DNA of 64,000 nt from a virus. Taxonomy: Duplodnaviria > Heunggongvirae > Uroviricota > Caudoviricetes. A model generated the notes under the pieces. It worked only from the letters and a program-made list of their open reading frames with translations. It searched no databases and was not told where the DNA came from. A program made the translations under genes and the position numbers. Shown here one piece after another: positions 63,859 through 64,000 of this stretch. The DNA is taken from the IMG/VR virus record IMGVR_UViG_3300033074_002207; one strand, 5' to 3'. The number at the start of each line of letters is the position of its first letter. Within the stretch, counting starts at the first letter, position 1.

Positions 63859-63877
63859 TATAGACTCATATCATAAT
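63848..63877 (+). promoter_or_regulatory. Sigma-70-like promoter
   Basis: TTGACA-18 nt-CATAAT. Confidence 0.65.
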
Positions 63878-63896
63878 AGAAGAAAGGAACGAAACA

Positions 63897-64000
63897 ATGT
63901 TTAACATCAGCAACACATCCATATCAGGAACCACGGGTATCACATCCGTGTTTGTTGCTGTTTCAGGGACAGGCTCGGATAGTGATACCACCGGAGGCAA
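63897..64000 (+). CDS. CDS start, truncated by the window edge
   Basis: AAGGAA RBS; MFNISNTS... open to the end. Confidence 0.5.
   Translation, partial: MFNISNTSISGTTGITSVFVAVSGTGSDSDTTGG

Noticed and set aside
32642-63860. Other TCCTCAA hits (32642, 33483, 38082, 41744, 53858, 57260, 59378, 63834)
   Set aside because: They have a 16-nt spacer, a mismatched -10 or no associated start; they were left out of the 16 counted copies, though some may be weak variants.
1-64000. Alternative genetic code or stop-codon reassignment
   Set aside because: Conserved proteins are full length in the standard code and end at TAA, TAG and TGA alike; coding density is already high.

Overview
This 64-kb window (GC roughly 40-45%) looks like part of a very large (jumbo/huge) bacteriophage genome, probably infecting a diderm bacterium. 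It has densely packed, mostly + strand ORFs and many small hypotheticals. Recognisable genes include three sigma-70-family factors, a solo TnpB, three free-standing homing endonucleases and two DNA adenine methyltransferases. It also carries an RNA ligase, ADP-ribose erasers, host-like metabolic genes (GSII, GuaB-like, SpeD, CoaD, IscA/ErpA, NrdG-like), several proteases and a five-gene ABC/OmpA operon. No core virion or replication genes, rRNA or CRISPR array were recognised. Main hand-read discoveries: (1) a promoter-driven tandem array of four CCA-ended tRNA-like RNAs (55782-56093) with intact acceptor and D stems but replaced D/T loops and unusual anticodon arms; (2) a bipartite motif TCCTCA(A/T)-N15-NATA found 16 times, 15 of them 7-10 nt before an ATG, i.e. 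a likely phage-sigma leaderless promoter; (3) two LAGLIDADG genes flanked by recoded duplicate ends of their target genes (exonuclease, speD); (4) a ~156-nt structured ncRNA with its own promoter and terminator; (5) an origin-like region at ~50.4-51.2 kb with a compositional flip, five 11-bp-phased repeats and a downstream strand-polarised 11-mer; (6) apparent absence of GATC. All protein calls come from motif recognition by eye; no database searches were run.
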